64,000 nucleotides of DNA from the NCBI RefSeq assembly GCF_963921235.1, contig NC_086097.1, forward strand, positions 167,650,001 to 167,714,000, read 5' to 3'. The notes under the pieces are model-generated. The model was not told where the DNA came from and searched no databases. It saw nothing but the letters and a program-made list of their open reading frames with translations. Every line of letters starts with the position of its first letter. The stretch's first letter is position 1. The translations under genes were made by a program, and so were the position numbers. This stretch comes from Mobula hypostoma (Eukaryota). Positions 1 through 12,449 of this stretch are shown piece by piece.

Positions 1-789
1 CGTTAGCACTTGCACTCATTCTGATTATATTGCAAAAGTTCTGCAAAACTAATGATACTCCATCAACTATATTAAAACATTGCTGCAAAGTTAGGCCTTT
101 CCGTGCTGAGCTGACAATTTTGAACTTTTCCTATTTTTCAGTAATGTCAGTCATAAGGATTAGACATCACTTGAAGGGGAAAACAATTAGTAAGTTCTTT
201 TAACTTTTGAACAAGCATTGATCAAAGATTCTTTCTATATTACATACAATGCCAATCGTTCAAGAGTACTTTTGGTTGTAAATGGCTTTGAGGTGTCATG
301 AAAGCTTCATTCTTTTTTTTCTTTCTGAAGTATAGTGTATGCAATGACACATCTGCACCCTCTGCAATTGAATGAAGGTCAGACTGGTGTCTGGGTTGAA
401 CAAGTTGATGCCCTAGTGTTCTCTTCATAAGCTAAGAAATGTTTGACTTTCCTTTGCCCCCTAAAATTTACAACTTACAGCCTTGATGAGCACTTTGTGA
501 CACTGAGGTGTTAAATGTCAGCCATAAAAACTAGCTATCCTTATTTCCTTGAGGTACTAAAGCGTACTTCATAGATACCTCCTTTATGCATGTTATAAGC
601 AGCCGTTCCTTCACGTGGATTTGCCCAAGCTTATTCTATATATTTGTTTTGCTTCCCATTATTTTGATTCTTCCTTGCCACACAGAAGATCAATCAGCCC
701 ATCTGGTCTATACCAACTTGCGGAACAATCCCATCTCCCTAAAACCTATCCTCCCTATAGTCTCAGCAGCTGCCCCTTCTTCTTTAAAA

Positions 790-1130
790 AATTTCCTCTC
801 ATCTACACACTAGTGACGTTGTTTATTGACCAATTAACCTATCAGACTGCACAACTTTAGGACATGGGAGGAAATGGGAGCACCAGGAGGTTGCAGGGAG
901 GCATGACTAGTAGAGGATCAATCCTGACTTTGGAAGCTCTCTGTGCGTGGTTTGTGTGTTCCTTCTGTGACTGCTAGAGCTTCTGGGTGCTCCAATTTCC
1001 TCCCACATCTCAAAGATGACAAGTTACGCAGGTTAATTGACTGCTGCATATTGTTACTAGTGTGTGGGTGAATGTTGATATCTGGGAATGGGGATATTAC
1101 TGGGAATAAAAGGAAAATAAAATGATTCAG
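790..1130. mobile_element. Two degraded, oppositely oriented V-SINE/HE1-like SINE fragments
   Basis: The + strand has gggtgctccaatttcctcccacatctcaaagat...ggttaattgac, resembling the V-SINE core. A reverse-oriented match (caattaacct...gggaggaaatgggagcacc) lies at about 830-885. Confidence 0.45.
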
Positions 1131-1419
1131 ATATGAATTGTATGAGGTTTTGGACCATCTGTAATTTGTGAGGGAGCTGATAGTTTTACTCAAGGAACTT
1201 TCCTTACACGGAGGAGTCTCCATATTGAAAACAACCTTCTGCCACAATAAAGCCACAAATAGTTGTGCAGATTATTCATCAGGTTATGCATTTTGAAAAG
1301 ATGTGCACGGAACCTAGACCATGGCATTGAAATGGACTTTTTCCACATTCTAGAAACTTCATGCTTAGACAATGAAGCCCTTAAACCAATAGTGGGAACA
1401 TCTAGGACCAGAGATCACA

Positions 1420-2335
1420 GCCACAGAAGATGTAGGATCGGTTCATCCCAAAGAAGAAGAAGAAGCCTTATAAAGGGAGGATGAGGCAATGTGGTTCACA
1501 AGGAAAATCAAAGTCAGCATAAAAGCAAAAGAGAGGGCATAAAATATAGCAAAAATTAGTGGGAAGTTAAATGATTGGGAATCTTAAAAAAAATCAACAG
1601 AAGGCAATTAAAAAAGCAATAAGGACAGAAAAGATGAAATACGAATGTTATCTAGACAATAATATAAAAGAGCATCCCAAAAGTTTATTTTCAGTTATGT
1701 GTAAGGTAAAGAGAGGGGTAGAAATGGGGAACAAAGAATTGGCAGATGAACTGAACAAGTATTTTTGTCAGTTTTCACTGTGGAAGACACCAGCAGTATG
1801 AACAAATTTGGTAATTGGGGGTAGGAGAGAGTGTTGTTGCTATTACCAATGAGAAGGTGCTTGCGAAGTTGAAAAGGTCTGAAGGTAGATAAAGAGGTGG
1901 CTAAAGAGATTGTGGAGGCATGAGTAGTGATCTTTCAAGCATCACTGGATCCTGGAATGGTTCCAAAGGACTGGTAAATTTGAGATATCACTCCAATCTT
2001 TAAGAAGGGAGGGAGGCAAAAGACTGGAAATTGTAGGCAAGTTAGCCTGCTTCAGTGGTGGGCAAAATGTTGGAGTCCATTATTGAGGATGAGGGTTTGA
2101 GGTACTAGGAGGCACATGGTAAAACACGCTAAAGTTAGCATGGTTTCCTTGAGGGAAAATCTGTCTGACAAATCAGTTGGAACCCTTTGAGGAAATAACA
2201 GACAGGATAGACAAAGGAGAGTCAGTGGGTTTTGTTTACTTGGTCTTAAAGAAGGACTTTAACAAGATGCCACACATGGCGCTACTGAAATAAGAAATCC
2301 TGGTATTATCAAAAAGATACTAGCACGGACAGAAG
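1420..2335 (+). mobile_element. Old CR1 LINE ORF2 fragment (5' part of a copy split by a younger CR1)
   Basis: ORF 1571-1801 (KKAIRTEKMKYE...ELADELNKYF) matches the CR1 linker seen in ORF 39952. Degraded RT-entry sequence follows. Confidence 0.8.
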
Positions 2336-3200
2336 ATGGACAGGTGCATTGAAATGCAACTTCTTAGGGACTGCGTTAGGGAACTGGAGATGCAGCTCGA
2401 TGACCTTCATCTGGTCAGGGAGAGTGAGGAGGTGATAGAGAGGAGTGATGGGCAGGTAGTCACACCAGGTCCTGGGGAGACAGATAAGTGGGTAACAGTC
2501 AGGAGAGGGAAGGGCAGGTGTGAGAGGCTAGAGAGTACCCCTGTGGTTGTACCCCTTGATAAAAAGTACTCCTGCTTGAGTATTGTTGCGGGGGGGTGGG
2601 GGGATGGCCTGCCTAGGGGAAGCAACAGTGGCCACAGCTCTGGCACAGAGTCTGGCCCTGTGGCTCAGAAGGGTAGGGAAAGGAAGAGGATGGCAGCAGT
2701 GATAGGGGACTTCATAGTTAGGGGGTCAGACAGGTGATTCTGTGGACGCAGGAAAGAAGCACAGATGGTAGTTTCCTACCCAGCTGCCAGAGTCCGGGAT
2801 GTTTCTGATCGCGTCTACGATATCCAGAAGTGGGAAGCAGAACAGCCAGAGGTTGAGGTACATATTGGTTCCAATGACATAGGCAGGAAAAGGGAGGAGG
2901 TCCTGAAAGCAGACTACAGGGAGTTAGGAAGGAAGTTAGGAAACAGGACCACAAAAGTAGTCATCTCGGGATTTCTGCCTGTGCCACGCGACAGTGAGTA
3001 CAGGAATAGAGTGAGGTGGAGGATAAATGCGTGGCTGAGGGATTGGAGCAGGGGGCAGGGATTCAGATTTCTGGATCATTGGGACCTCTTTTGGGGCAGG
3101 AGTGACCTGTATAAAAAGGATGTGTTGCACTTGAATCTCAGGGGGACCAAAACCCTGTCGGGGAGGTTTGCTAAGGCTTATTGGGGAGAGTTTAAACTAG
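2336..3200 (+). pseudogene. CR1 ORF1 remnant (coiled coil + SGNH/GDSL-type esterase)
   Basis: ORFs 2336-2737 and the first part of 2765-3451. The ancestral ORF1 stop is inferred at TAG 3198-3200 by alignment to the 22557 copy. Confidence 0.85.
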
Positions 3201-3222
3201 GATTGCTGGGGGTTGGGAGCCA
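3183..3222 (+). promoter_or_regulatory. Second copy of the candidate -1 frameshift signal (diverged CR1 subfamily)
   Basis: ggggagagTTTAAACtaggattgctGGGGGttGGGagcca has the same heptamer, stop and spacing as the 22560 copy. Confidence 0.6.
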
Positions 3223-5818
3223 AACTGAAGAGACTGGGGAAGAGGAGGTTGGCTCACAAATAGAGAAAGCTTGGAGACAGTGCGAGAGGGAGGAGAGGCA
3301 GGTTATAGAGAAGGGACACACTCAGGCCAATGATTTGAGATGTGTCTATTTTAATGCAAGGTGTATTATGAACAAAGCAGATGAGCTTAGAGCGTGGATC
3401 AGTACTTGGAGCTATGATGTTGTGGCCATTACCGAGACTTGGATGGCTTAGGGGCAGGAATGGTTACTTCGAGTGCCAGGCTTTGGATGTTTCAGAAAGG
3501 ACAGGGAGGGAGGCAAAAGAGGTGGGGGTGTGGCACTGTATATCAGAGATAGTGTCACGGCTGCAGAAAAGGAGGAAGTCATGGAGAGGTTGTCTATGGA
3601 GTCTCTGTGGGTGGAAGTTAGGAAGAGGAAGGGGTCAATAACTCTACTGGGTGGTTTTTATAGACCACCCAGTAGTAACAGGGACACTGAGAAGCAGATA
3701 GGGAGACAGATTCTGGAAAAATGTAATAATATCAGGGTTGTCGTGGTGAGAGATTTTAATTTCCCAACTATCGATTGGCATCTCCCTAGAGTGAGGGGTT
3801 TAGATGGGATGGAGTTTGTTAGGTGTGTTCAGGAAGGTTTCTTGACACAATATGTAGATAAGACTACAAGAGGAGAGGCTGTACTTGATCTGTTATTGGG
3901 AAATGAACCTGGTCAGGTGTCAGATCCCTCAGTGGGAGAGCACTTTGGAGATGGTGACCTCAATTCTATCTCCTTTCCAATACCATTGGAGAGGGATAAG
4001 AATAGACAAGTTAGGAAAGCGTTTAATTGGAGTAAGGGGAAATGTAAGGCTATCAGGCAAGAACTTGGAAGCATAAATTCGGAATTGATGTTCTCCGGGA
4101 AACATATGGAAGAAATGTGGCAAATGTTTAAGGGATATTTGCGTGGAGTTCTGCATAAGTACGTTCAAATGAGGCAGGAAAAGATTGGTAGAGTAGAGGA
4201 ACCGTGGTGTACAAAGGCTGTTGTAAATCTAGTCAAGAAGAAAAGAACTTACGAAAGGTTCAAACAACTAGGTTATGATAGAGATCTAGAAGATTATAAG
4301 GCTAGCAGGAAGGAGCTTAAGAATGAAATTAGGAGAGCCAGAAGGGGCCATGAGAAGCCCTTGGCGGGCAGGATTAAGGAAAACCCCAAGGCATTCTACA
4401 AGTATGTGAAGAGCAAGAGGATAAGATGAGAGAAAATAGGACCAATCAAGTGTGACAGTGGAAAAGTGTGTATGGAACTGGAAGAGATAGCAGAGGTAAT
4501 TAATGAGTATACTGCTTCAGCATTCACTACGGAAAAGTATCTTGGCAATTGTGGGGATGAGTTACAGTGAACTGAAAAGCTTGAGCATGCAGATATTAAG
4601 AAAGAGGATGTGCTGGAGCTTTTGGAAAGCATCAAGTTGGATAAGTCACCGGGACAGGATGAGATGTACCCCAGGCTACTGTGGGAGGTGAAGGAGGAGA
4701 TTGCTGAGCCTTTGGCACTGATCTTTGCATCATCAATGGGGACGGAAGAAGTTCCGGAGGATTGGAAGGTTGCAGATGTTGTTTCCTTATTCAAGAAAGG
4801 GAGTAGGGATAGCTCAGGAAATTATAGGCTAGTGAGTCTTACTTCAGTGGTTGGTAAGTTGAGAAGATCCTGAGAGGCAGGATCCATGAACATTTGGAGA
4901 GGCATAATATAATTAAGAATAGTCAGCATGGCTTTGTGAAAGGCAGGTCATGCCTTACTAGCCTGATTGAATGTTTTGAGGATGTGACTAAACACATTGA
5001 CGAAGGTGGAGCAGTAGATGTAGTGTATATGGATTTCAGCAAGGCATTTGACAAGGTACCCCATGCAAGGCTTATTGAGAAAGTAAGGAGGCATGGGATC
5101 CAAGGGGACCTGGCTTTGTGGATCCAGAACTGGCTTGCCCACAGAAGGCAAAAAATGGTTGTAGACGGGTCATATTCTGCATGGAGGTCGGTCACCAGTG
5201 GTGTGCATCAGGGACCTGTTCTGGGACCCCTACTCTACGTGATTTTTATAAATGATTCGGATGAAGAAGTAGAGGGATGTGTTAGTAAATTTGCTGATGA
5301 CACAAAGGTTGGAGGTGTTGTGGATAGCGTGGAGGGCTGTCAGAGGTTACAATGGGACATTGATAGGATGCAAAATTGGGCAGAGAAGTGGCAGATGGAG
5401 TTCAACCCAGATAAATTGTGAGGTCGTTCATTCTGGTAGGTCAAATATGATGGCAGAATTTAGTATTAATGGTAAGACTCTTGGCAGTGTGGAGGATCAG
5501 AGGGATCTTGGGGTCCGAGTCCATAAGGCACTCAAAGCTGCTGCGCAGGTTAACTCTGTGGTTAAGAAAGCATACAGTGCATTGGCCGTTATCAATTGTG
5601 GGATTGAGTTTAGGAGCCAAGAGGTAATGTTGCAGCTATATGGGACCCTGGTCGGACCCCACTTGGAGTACTGTGCTCAGTTCTGCTTGCCTCACTACAG
5701 GAAGGATGTGGAAACCATAGAAAGGGTGCAGAGGAGATTTACAAGGATGTTGCCTGGATTGGGGAGCATGCCTTATGAGAATAGGTTGAGTGAACTCGGC
5801 CTATTTTCCTTGGAGTGA
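3191..5818 (+). pseudogene. CR1 ORF2 remnant (APE endonuclease + reverse transcriptase)
   Basis: ORF pieces 2765-3451 (3' part), 3473-4429, 4610-4873, 4894-5421 and 5279-5818 carry EN and RT motifs. Confidence 0.9.
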
Positions 5819-6015
5819 CAGAGGATGAGAGGTGACCTGATAGAGGTATATGAGATGATGAGAGGCATTGATCATGTGATCAGAGGCTTTTCCCCAGGGC
5901 TGAAATGGCTAGCACGAGAGGGCACAGTTTTAAGGTGCTTGGAAGCAGGTACAGAGGAGATGTCAGAGGTAAGTTTTTTACATAGAGAGTGGTGAGTGCG
6001 TGGAATAGGTTGCCA

Positions 6016-7205
6016 GGAACTATTAACTGACTGGAAGGAGGCAAAACGTGGGAATAAAAGGGGCCTTGTCTGGTTGGCTGCCAGGGACTAGTGGTGTACC
6101 ACAGGAGTCTGTGTTGGGTATGCTTCTTTTCACGTTATAAGTTAATGATATAGACGAGGGAATTGATTACTTTGTGGCCAAGTTTGTGCGTGTTACAAAT
6201 ATATGTGAAGTGGCAAGCAGTGTTAAGGAAGCAGGGAGAGTGCAAGATAGCTTGGACAGATTAGGAGAATGGAAAAGATGTGGCAGATGATATACAGTAT
6301 AGGAAAGTGTATGGTCATACTCTTAGAAGGAATAAAGGCATAGACTATTTTCTAAATGGGGAGTGAATTCAGAAATTGGAGATGCAAAGGGACTTTGAGT
6401 TCTAAGGCAACACACTCAAAGTACTAGAGGAACGCAGCAGGGCAGGCAGCATCTATGGAAATGAATGTATAGTCAACATTTCAGGCCAAGACCATTCATC
6501 AGGATTGATGGGGAGTCCAAGTATAGGATTCCCTGAAGGTTAACTTGCAAGTTGAGTCAGTGGAAAGGAAGGCAACTGCAATATTAGCATTCATTTCAAG
6601 AGGTCGAGAATATAAAAGCAAGGATATAGTGCTGAGGCTTTTGTCTGACAGCATTTGTAGTATTGTGAGCAGTTTTGGTCTTTGTATCAAAGGAGGAATT
6701 TTTTAGTATTGGAGAGGGTCCAGAGCAGGTTCACAAGAATTATCCCGGATATGAAAGTATTATTGTATGAAGAGCATTGGATGGCTCTGGGCCGAGAGTC
6801 AGTGGAGTTTAGAAGAATGAGTTGGGATCTCATTGAAACCTACTGAAAATTGAAAGGTGTAAACAGATGGATGTGAAGAGGATGTTTCCAATTGTGAAGG
6901 GATCTAGGACCAGAGGGCAGAACATCAGAATAGAAGGAGGTCCCTTTATAATAGAGATGAGGAGGAATTTCATGATCCAGCAGGTGATGAATCTGTGAAA
7001 TTCATTGTTACAGATGGCTGTGGAGGCCAAATCATTGGGAAGAGTTAAAGTGAAGGTTAATAGGTTTTTGATTAGCAAGGGCATGAGAAATTATAGGGAG
7101 AATGCAGGAATGGAGATGAGATGGAAAATAAATCGGCCATGATTGAGTGGCACAGCAGAGTCAATGGGCTGAATGGCTTAATTCTGTGCCTGAGTCCTAT
7201 GATCT
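6016..7205 (+). mobile_element. 3' continuation of the old CR1 interrupted at 2335
   Basis: RT sequence resumes (gactagtggtgtaccacagg, gccaagtttg) and ends in a CR1-like 3' tail (atgggctgaatggcttaattctgtgcct...ctatgatctt). Confidence 0.8.
6408..6506 (-). mobile_element. Penelope-derived short element with degenerate hammerhead core, inserted in CR1
   Basis: aacacac...gaggaacgcagcagggcaggcagcatctatggaa...agtcaacatttcaggccaagaccattcatcagg matches the family at 14030-14128. Confidence 0.7.
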
Positions 7206-8091
7206 TGAATGGGTGTTGGGCAATTGGCAAGACTGAGTGGACTGAAGGGCTTGCTTCCATGCTGTTCTCTTCCCTGCCTGTGGAATCATTTGATCACACA
7301 CAGCAGCAGAGGTCAGTATTGAACCCAGGTTGTCGGAGTGGTGATGCAGCTTCGTGCAGCATAACAGATGCAGAAAATGAAAGTAATCGAGACAGAAGTC
7401 TCAGACTCAAAGTTTGGGTTTAACTTGTTGAAATTATGTAGGTAGTTGTATTCGTAGAAAGCCCAAACCAAAGCTAAACCAAAGGGAACATGATTTATTG
7501 TAAACACCATTAAATAATTGGAGATGCCTAGTGTAAGTCTTCACCACTAGTTCACCATCATATCTGCTAACAAAGTCAAATGATAGTGGTCTCCAATATA
7601 TCTGGTGCTAGGATAATGTGGCAATCAGGTTAATCTTGAGACAAGGGAAAGCATTGTCACATCCTGCTTGTTAGAGTTTTTATTAAGAACACTGTGTCTC
7701 TGTCTCTGGTGTTTTTTTTTCTTGTAGCATGCATCACTGTTTTTATTCAGAATTGGAAATGGTTTATCATCGTCACATGTACTGAAATATAGTGAAAAGC
7801 TTGCCTTGCATATTGTTCATACAGATCAGATCATTACACGATGCATTGAGGTAGAGCAAGGTAAAATAATAATGCAGAATAAAATGTAATAGCTACAGAT
7901 AAAATGTAGTGCAGGTAGACAATAAAGTGCATGATCATAATGAGGGTGATGTTGGTCAAGAGTCCAATTTTTCATTCTAGAGAACTACTACTAGTCCTAG
8001 CAAGTGAGATAGAAGCTGTCCTTGAGCCTGTGGGCATCATTAGCAAGGATGAGATTAATGGTCAATCTCCCAATTGCTGCATTTCTTTTAG

Positions 8092-8330
8092 ACCATAAGA
8101 TCTAGATGCAGTATTAAGCCATTCTGCCCATTTGAATCATCTCCACAATTCAGTCATGGCTGATTATCTTTTTCTCAATTCCATTCTCCCACCTTTTACC
8201 CATAACCTTTAACCTCCTTTCCAATCAAGAACTTTTCAATCATCTGCCTTAAATAAACCCAATGACTTGGCCTTCATAGCTGGAATTCCACAAATTCACC
8301 ACCCCCTAGCACCCCCTGTTGGTGAAGATG
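8092..8330 (-). mobile_element. CR1 3'-end fragment
   Basis: gaccataagat...gcagtattaagccattc and ctgccttaaataaacccaatgacttggcc match the CR1 3' end at 48157-48400. Confidence 0.65.
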
Positions 8331-9818
8331 CTCCCAGTGTGTTGTTGGGGAAGGGGGTTTCTTGAGCAGATTTGCTCCTGATTCCAGTATTTTCAGTCTC
8401 TTGTGTCTCTATCATTCACAGATGCTGGGACAACAAGGGCATCACAAAGCTGATGTTCCATTTCCAAAACTGTATGCACAGTAAACCAGATCCCAAAATA
8501 TACAACTGTGCTAATGCCCAGAATCTCTACAGGGTGAGGAAGCTTAAAGTAACATTAACTCAGTGTCTTACATACACATAATGTGACTATTGATAAATTC
8601 ACTGAATCTTCACCAATTGTTCCATAATCCCAGGTGACATTGGAACTAGCTTTACAAAAGATAACTATTCTCTCAATAATATTTTTGCTAGAGGTCCAAT
8701 AATTCTTCTGCCAACATCTTCTCAATGTGCGCTTTTCAATTAGACATTTTAAGGGAAGTAAGTTTTCTGTGATATGTCAATATAATATGTAATTATATCA
8801 GTCTGCCCCAGCTTGACAGAAAAGTGTAGTGAATTCACATAGGAATTTTCACCATAATCACTTTTCTTTGACCTATTGCCAAAGGCACCTACAGCAATTA
8901 ATTGAAACACTTCTTCGAGCTCGTTCCCAAATGGTTTCCTGGCTGCTTGATTTAGTGTTTTCTGTCCATTGTCAAGCAATATGGCCAAGGTTTTATGTTA
9001 TTATATCATTTGAATATCTATCCAATTCAAATTCTGTTTAACTGAAACTTGTTGCTTAAATAGATTTCAGTTTCAGGAACATTGCCAATTGGTCATCCAA
9101 TTGAATCCTCATGGATCTTGATGTAACTTCAGATTCTGGCCAGTGAAGTTATGGCTCAGTAGGAAATGCCAAATTCTCAATCGAATTGTTCCCACTTACT
9201 TTTATGTGTTAGGTTAACAAGCACAGTGGGTCAACTGCTATCACAAGGAGATATGGTGAAAGTTGACATCAGTTAGCATTACCCTTGTTTTAAAAAGTGG
9301 AGCAATTGATTAGATTCGATTTAATAGTCACATCAGCATTAAAACATATAGTGCAATACATTGTTTGCACTAACAACAAACTGTCTGAGGATTCGTTGGG
9401 GCAGCCTCCAAGTGTCATCATGCTTCCAGGGCCAACATAGCATGCCTTCAATGTTCGGCAAAATAACACACAGCCAAAGTACAACACAACAGACACATTC
9501 CACCCCTCAACACCATCATCGGGAATCACTGGGGCTTGTCTTCAGGGCCTGCCAACTGCAGTCCTTGATCTCAGGGGATCACGTCTTTATCCTCAATGGC
9601 TGCTGACTGTACCTCTGCCCACAGATGGACAATTCATTGCTGGTAAAGGTAAACAGTTCAGCATGGTATCATGCTTTTTTTTACTCTAGCACGTAACCTT
9701 CAATAATGTCAATAGTTTTAGTGATGAGCCCTACTCTTTATGCAGTTTCTCCTCTTGTTGGATAGTTTGGAAATTCTTTTCCCAGTGAATCGATAAGGTC
9801 AATCATTGCTGAAATTCC

Positions 9819-9882
9819 TGTCAGTGGCCTTCCAAGTCTTCCCCTTGACAAACTCAGGGAAAGACTTGGAAGGCCACTGACA
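9819..9882. repeat. 64-nt inverted repeat (hairpin) with a 22-bp perfect stem
   Basis: tgtcagtggccttccaagtctt (9819-9840) is the exact reverse complement of aagacttggaaggccactgaca (9861-9882). Imperfect pairing extends inward to a short loop. Confidence 0.9.
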
Positions 9883-10384
9883 CGAGGCAGAAACAGCTCA
9901 GCTGATCTCATGAATGCTCAAGCAATCCAGGTGCTGGCCAAAGAAAAAAATATGTTCACGTGGAGACACAGGAGACTGCAGATGCTAAAAATCTGGAGCA
10001 AAGTGGAGGCTTCTCGTGACCTTGGGTGTTGGTAAAGTTCCTAACAATCAGTGAAGAACTTTTAAAATGTGGTGAATTTCATAACGCTGAGTTCCCATTT
10101 GTATACAGAAAGCTCCCATATACAGGAACGTGATGAAACTACTGACCAACCTCACAATGATTTTGAAGGAGTTGTCTGAACTATCAAAGGCTTGGTTACA
10201 AAACATACAGGCCCAGTTGAATTTTGTACCTGGTGGTGGCTTTTTTTAAACTTAGCTGGTTGTCTTCAGTGTGAAATCTTCAAAAACATCTTGGCATCCG
10301 GATTTTGGAGGGTTGTTTCTTTACCAATGCAAGTAAACCAATAGGGTCAGGTTTTGTCTTACACACTGAGGCTTTGCTCACTTG

Positions 10385-10490
10385 GTCATTTTGATGAAGG
10401 TTTCCGGCCCAAAACATCAACTGATCGTTTCCACGGATGCTGCCCGACCTGCTGAGTTCCTCCAGCATGTTGTGAGTGTCATTTTGATGA
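10385..10490 (+). mobile_element. Penelope-derived short element with a 13-bp target-site duplication
   Basis: tgatgaaggtttccggcccaaaacatcaactg...gatgctgcccgacctgctgagttcctccagc is flanked by gtcattttgatga at 10385-10397 and 10478-10490. Confidence 0.8.
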
Positions 10491-10829
10491 GTGCTTCCTC
10501 AGGCTGGTACTTCTCCCCTTTTCAGAGTTGGAAGATCCTGAGGTAGCAGGCTTGCCTATTCTTGCTGCACTGACCATCAAGCACACAGTGCACCTACTCC
10601 CGATATTCCCATCAATTGATCAAAGTCAGTCCACTGGTGGACCGTCATCCATTCTGCTAGTTATAACCTTATAGTGAATTCTTCACTTCTGACCTCCATC
10701 TGCATTGCAAATAATTTTTATTTTAGAGTTCTAAACTTGGTTTTAAACAATCCACCGTCATTGTTTTAAAAACATTCTAAATTGGAAGCAGACTAGGCAA
10801 TCTGTCTGAAAAAAGTTATAGTTTCCTGT

Positions 10830-11390
10830 AGTAAAAAAACTTCTTGGTTAGGCTAAATTCAGGATATTGTATACAGTTCTAGTCACTCCATAGCAGGTAG
10901 GATATGGAGGCTTCAGAAAGGATACAGAAGAGATTTACCAGGATGTGGAGGCTTCAGAAAGGATACAGAAGAAATTTACCAGGATGCTGCTTGCATTAGA
11001 AGGTCTGAGCTGTAAGAAGAAATTGGACGAATGTAGATTTTTTCCTCTGGCTGAAGGGAAGCATGACAGAAGTTTACAAAATTATGAGAGTCCTAGATAG
11101 GGGCAACTATCAGCAGAATATTTTTTTTCCGAAGTTAGAAATGTTAAATACTGGAGGACATGGATTTAAGATGAGAGAGAAAAAGTTTAAAGGAGATGTG
11201 TAGGGCAAGGTTTTTAAACAGAGATGCCTGGGAATTGACTGCCAAGTCTTTTAGATATACACATGAATATTTTGAAAATGGAGGGTAATTGATCATATGC
11301 AAGCAGAAGATATCAGAGCTAATTTGTCGTCATGTTTGGTGCAGACATTGTGGGCTGAAGTGCCCCTTGTGCTGTACTGTTCTATGTTTT
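10830..11390 (+). mobile_element. Degraded CR1 3' fragment containing a 41-bp tandem duplication (10905-10986)
   Basis: tggaggcttcagaaaggatacagaagaRatttaccaggatg occurs twice. The segment ends in the CR1 tail tgggctgaag...gtgctgtactgttctatg. Confidence 0.8.
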
Positions 11391-12449
11391 ATGCCATCCA
11401 CCCTGACTGCTCTCAGTGTATTCCACTGTGGCTGTGTTCTATGATCTTTCATTCACAATAAATACACTTTTTCTTTTTTTTTTCTTGCAATTCTTGTGCT
11501 CTCATCATTATCCTGTTGACCATTGGTAAAGATATTCACTACTACGTTACCGTAAGGTCCTCTCGTCTTGTGAAATATGTTCTGCATTTACCAATCTCGC
11601 CTCATAGAGTGACCTCTCATCAGTCTGAACAGTGAACTCCTTTGTGATATTGTCTCAGAGAAACTGTGCAGTGTAATTTGCATTGATTTTGTATCTTGTG
11701 CATAATGGGATATTCAGAGCTGAATCCACTGCACCTACTAAAGACTTGTCCAATCGGACAATCAATATGTCCTTTAATTCTAGGAAATCCATCTCTCTAT
11801 TTTGAGTTAGTTAGCAGGTTCTGAAGTGTGTGATAATTAATAGTTAAATATATTAGTCTCAAGACCTTGCAAGAACACAACATCAATACTGATAAACTTG
11901 GGAGTCCCAAGACGGCTCAAACTTGAGAAACAGGCTAGTTGTACTTTCTGAGGAAAAGCGAAGGAATATATGTCAGTTCAACCAACCGCCCACTCCTCCA
12001 CCACGCACTGATTCTGCCAAACACTACTTGGTCCACCTCTGATGAAGTCTGCAGATAGTGAATTAGCTTTCTTTTAACCCTTTGATCTCACAGAAGCCAA
12101 GGATTCCCTGATTTCAAGAAAAGAAAATGTTGGCTGGAATGCCATTTGGGTAGCTGGCTAGCCTCTTTACCCCTATCAGATGCCTTCTCAATTGACTCCA
12201 TCATTCAATGAAGGTCATACCACATCTCTTACCTCAACATCACTTTCCCACAATCAGGTAAATCTGCATCACCTGATTTCCTGAATATTTTACTCAATGT
12301 CATTATCCCAGTGTTACTTCCAATTGGCATAAATCAAATTTTAAGTTAGAGTAATACTATATTGCATTAACTGTGATTCTGTGAATAAACGTTACCAATT
12401 TTTGTGGCTGTCTGTTCAAGGTGATTCAGAGAATTTGAATCAAAATCAG

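Larger units (their letters stand above)
2336..6015 (+). mobile_element. CR1 LINE, 5'-truncated in ORF1, with ORF1 esterase and disrupted ORF2 (APE endonuclease + RT)
   Basis: ORF1 has a coiled coil, VIGDFIVRG and HIGSNDI (SGNH esterase motifs). ORF2 has LRCVYFNAR...ITETW, GGGVALY, YMDFSKAFDKVPH, KFADDTK and HLEYCAQF. Several stops and frameshifts. Confidence 0.95.

Noticed and set aside
240..428. 62-aa minus-strand ORF as a host exon
   Set aside because: It has no recognisable homology, and all frames from the nearby acceptor hit stops. It is kept only as a weak lead.
2765..3451. Natural in-frame ORF1-ORF2 fusion protein
   Set aside because: Comparison with the 22557 copy suggests the read-through comes from a copy-specific indel near 3178. 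The element is otherwise riddled with stops.
11740..11790. GFPRIKGHIDC, resembling the Harbinger transposase motif
   Set aside because: A stop follows within a few codons and no other Harbinger motifs or TIRs were seen.
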